A stretch of 64,000 nucleotides of DNA from Deltaproteobacteria bacterium. GTDB taxonomy: Bacteria > Myxococcota_A > UBA796 > UBA9615. The notes beneath the pieces are model-generated. The model was not told the origin of the DNA and ran no database searches. It worked only from the letters and a program-made list of their open reading frames with translations. Positions 62,291 to 64,000 of this stretch are shown piece by piece (the stretch's first letter is position 1; the number at the start of each line of letters is the position of its first letter). Location: assembly GCA_023954745.1 (NCBI GenBank), contig JAGSHC010000005.1, positions 4,550-68,549 on the forward strand. The letters are read 5' to 3'. The position numbers were made by a program, and so were the translations under genes.

Positions 62291-63351
62291 GGTTCCTCCT
62301 CCGGTTCATCGGGGGTTGCGCCCTCTTCTGGGATGGCGGAATCGGGGGTCTCGACCAGCTCGCTGCGGAGGACGATGGCCGAGGGAGAGACCGCAACCAC
62401 CTCGATTCTCTCCCCTCGCGGGTGGTCGATGCGCAGGGTCAGCCCCAGCTCGCCTTCGGCGCGCGCACCGGGTGCCCAGCCCACGCTCGATTCTTCCCCC
62501 ACCGCGGGCAGCTTCCCAACGGGCCCACCAAGCTCCAGGGTGAGGTTCTCCGTACGCAGCAGATCGAGCACGGGGACGGGGCCCTTGAGCGTGACCAGGG
62601 CCGCGGTGGGTTCGAGGAGTAGCCCGAGTCGAGCGGAGAGTCCGCGGGAGAGCGACACCCGCACCGCGCCGTATTCTCGTTCTGCCATCACCTCTTCCAC
62701 CACCAACTTCACGCTGACGCTCGAGGCACTCTCCGGAAGGAGGTGGAGGCCGGTGGTGTCGAGCGCGAGGTCGCCGTCGAAGCCCTGGGCGTAGCGATCG
62801 AGCCGAAGCGGAGTGGTTTGGATCGACGTGAGCTCCGCCAGCTCCGACTTCGCGCCAGCGAGAGCGACCTCCGCGGGCACCACTGAGCGCTCCGTCTCCA
62901 CGAATCCAGCCGGAAGGCTGCCGCGCACGCGAATCTGCACCGGGACCAGTCTCCGGTCCTGTTCATCGAAGGAGAACCGGATCATCGCCGGCGACACCGT
63001 GGAGATGCGTAGGCGCTCGGGAAAGCTCGAGGGGGGCTGTCGGAAGCTGTATTCGGTCGTCCCGGAGTTCGCCTCCTCGAGGTCGACGACATACCGAAGG
63101 TCCAGGTCCTGGGTCCGACTGAGGGCGGTGCGTGTGCCCGAGGCGACGATCACGACCTGCTCAGGCAGCGGGTCGTCATTCATCAACACGAGATCGGCGG
63201 GGAAGAGGTATTCCACGGGGACGCGGAAGGTGGCCTCCTCGTTCTCCTCCCCGTGCGAGTAGAGGAACGACAGCACCGCGAGGACCAGGGCGAGCACCTT
63301 CAGGCCCAGGTTCTGCGTAAGCATCAAGCGGATTCGGCTGAGCACCTTCAC
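62287..63351 (-). CDS. cdaR: YbbR-domain protein, CdaR-like regulator of diadenylate cyclase
   Basis: An N-terminal TM (LKVLALVLAVLSFLY) and repeated YbbR-like beta domains. It sits between the DAC gene and glmM in the canonical cdaA-cdaR-glmM order. Confidence 0.65.
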   Translation of the reverse strand: MKVLSRIRLMLTQNLGLKVLALVLAVLSFLYSHGEENEEATFRVPVEYLFPADLVLMNDDPLPEQVVIVASGTRTALSRTQDLDLRYVVDLEEANSGTTEYSFRQPPSSFPERLRISTVSPAMIRFSFDEQDRRLVPVQIRVRGSLPAGFVETERSVVPAEVALAGAKSELAELTSIQTTPLRLDRYAQGFDGDLALDTTGLHLLPESASSVSVKLVVEEVMAEREYGAVRVSLSRGLSARLGLLLEPTAALVTLKGPVPVLDLLRTENLTLELGGPVGKLPAVGEESSVGWAPGARAEGELGLTLRIDHPRGERIEVVAVSPSAIVLRSELVETPDSAIPEEGATPDEPEEEP

Positions 63352-64000
63352 GCGTGGCCATCCTTGTCGGCGATGGTCTCCGTCGAGCCACTGCTCGCAG
63401 CGCCATTGCGCTTCACCGGTCGGCTCGTCCCGGTGAGGGTCAGGCCCCGAGACTCCTCAGCCTCCTCCGCTTCGAGCTGAAGGAGGCGCTGGACTTCGAG
63501 GCGGAGCTCATCGGGGGTGTCCACGATGTGCAGGTCGCCCTTGAAGGCGATGCTGACGCGGCGCCGCTCCTCCGAGACGCAGAAGATGAGGGAGTCCGTC
63601 TCCTCGGTCAGCCCCATGGCCGCGCGGTGCCTCGTCCCCAGAGAGCGGTCGATGTCGGTGCGCCGGGTGAGCGGAAGGAATGCGCCGGCCACCCAGATGC
63701 CGCCCTCGCGCACCACCACCGCCCCATCGTGGATGGGGCTGGTGGGCTGGAAGATCGCGACGAGCAGCTCCTCGCTCAAGGACGCATTGAGCACCGTGGC
63801 GTCGTCCTCGAGCTCGTCGAGGTTGGCGGCGCGCTCCACCACGATGAGGGCTCCCTTGCCCTGGTCGGCGAGCCGGAAGCAGGCGCGCGCGACCTGTTGG
63901 TAGAGGCCCTCGCGGCTGTCGCTGGGTGCCCGGCCGAGCCACGGCCCTCCCACGCGGGCCAGGCCGCGGCGAATGTCCTCCTGGAAGAGGATGATCACGG
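63348..64000 (-). CDS. cdaA: Diadenylate cyclase CdaA (DAC domain), 5' end beyond the window
   Basis: DAC motifs GALIVVER, HDGAVVV and GTRHRAAMGLTEETD. The ORF is open to the window edge, and the expected N-terminal TM segments are not yet visible. Confidence 0.7.
   Translation of the reverse strand, partial: VIILFQEDIRRGLARVGGPWLGRAPSDSREGLYQQVARACFRLADQGKGALIVVERAANLDELEDDATVLNASLSEELLVAIFQPTSPIHDGAVVVREGGIWVAGAFLPLTRRTDIDRSLGTRHRAAMGLTEETDSLIFCVSEERRRVSIAFKGDLHIVDTPDELRLEVQRLLQLEAEEAEESRGLTLTGTSRPVKRNGAASSGSTETIADKDGHA

Noticed and set aside
1-64000. CRISPR arrays, IS elements or transposases, toxin-antitoxin pairs
   Set aside because: The only regularly spaced repeats are the 20-bp pair at 16301-16340. 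No transposase/integrase motifs (DDE, Tyr recombinase R..H..R..Y) turned up in any frame.

Overview
This is a 64-kb, roughly 70% GC window with dense overlapping shadow ORFs on every strand, typical of a myxobacterial or deltaproteobacterial chromosome. I found no transposase, integrase, prophage or CRISPR array. From 16.4 kb to the window end, nearly 47 kb, every gene I accept is on the minus strand. The window has three functional blocks.

(1) 1-11.9 kb, plus strand: a translationally coupled outer-membrane/LPS biogenesis operon. It runs LolD-like ABC ATPase, bamA, skp, fabZ, lpxB, an MsbA-like ABC exporter, a DUF374 acyltransferase-like gene, lpxK, a GT4 glycosyltransferase and a GT9 heptosyltransferase-like gene. 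Consecutive genes from lpxB through the GT9 gene overlap by 4 nt (fabZ/lpxB and the LolD-like/bamA junction differ). lpxD, lpxA and kdtA are conspicuously absent. A four-repeat secreted protein follows.

(2) 12-23 kb: a minus-strand operon of a pseudo-rhomboid, an active rhomboid, a DUF3592-like and a YdjM-like gene. It is divergent from lexA through an intergenic region carrying an SOS-box-like operator. Then come tRNA-Ala(CGC), a lipoprotein, an odd AT-rich island with tandem 20-bp repeats, and a housekeeping minus-strand string: rnc, a radical-SAM gene, era, der (with a ~130-aa acidic insertion), yfgM-like and bamB-like.

(3) 23-55 kb: the most interesting part, a single contiguous Tad/Flp-type (Kil-like) pilus and secretion gene array. 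Its parts are two Flp pilins; a prepilin peptidase; two TadE-like and one TadG-like pseudopilins; CpaB; a secretin; an FHA::CpaF fusion ATPase; TadB and TadC; a YscD-topology FHA-TM-periplasmic protein; and a second, N-terminally minimal CpaF. The unit continues without a break into two paralogous secreted TPR/Gly-rich proteins and a MopE-like Cys-rich/FG-GAP lipoprotein.

This array is flanked upstream by a DUF192 gene, a TolB-like propeller gene translationally coupled to a dipeptide/oligopeptide ABC importer, an Ala-rich lipoprotein, and two tandem paralogous membrane Ser/Thr kinases with huge low-complexity regions.

The last ~9 kb is a housekeeping operon: mnmA, a cysteine desulfurase, a ComEA-like gene, tsaE, nnr, glmM, cdaR and cdaA (c-di-AMP cyclase).

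Every identification rests on reading motifs in the translated ORFs, gene context and recalled family signatures. I could not run any search.
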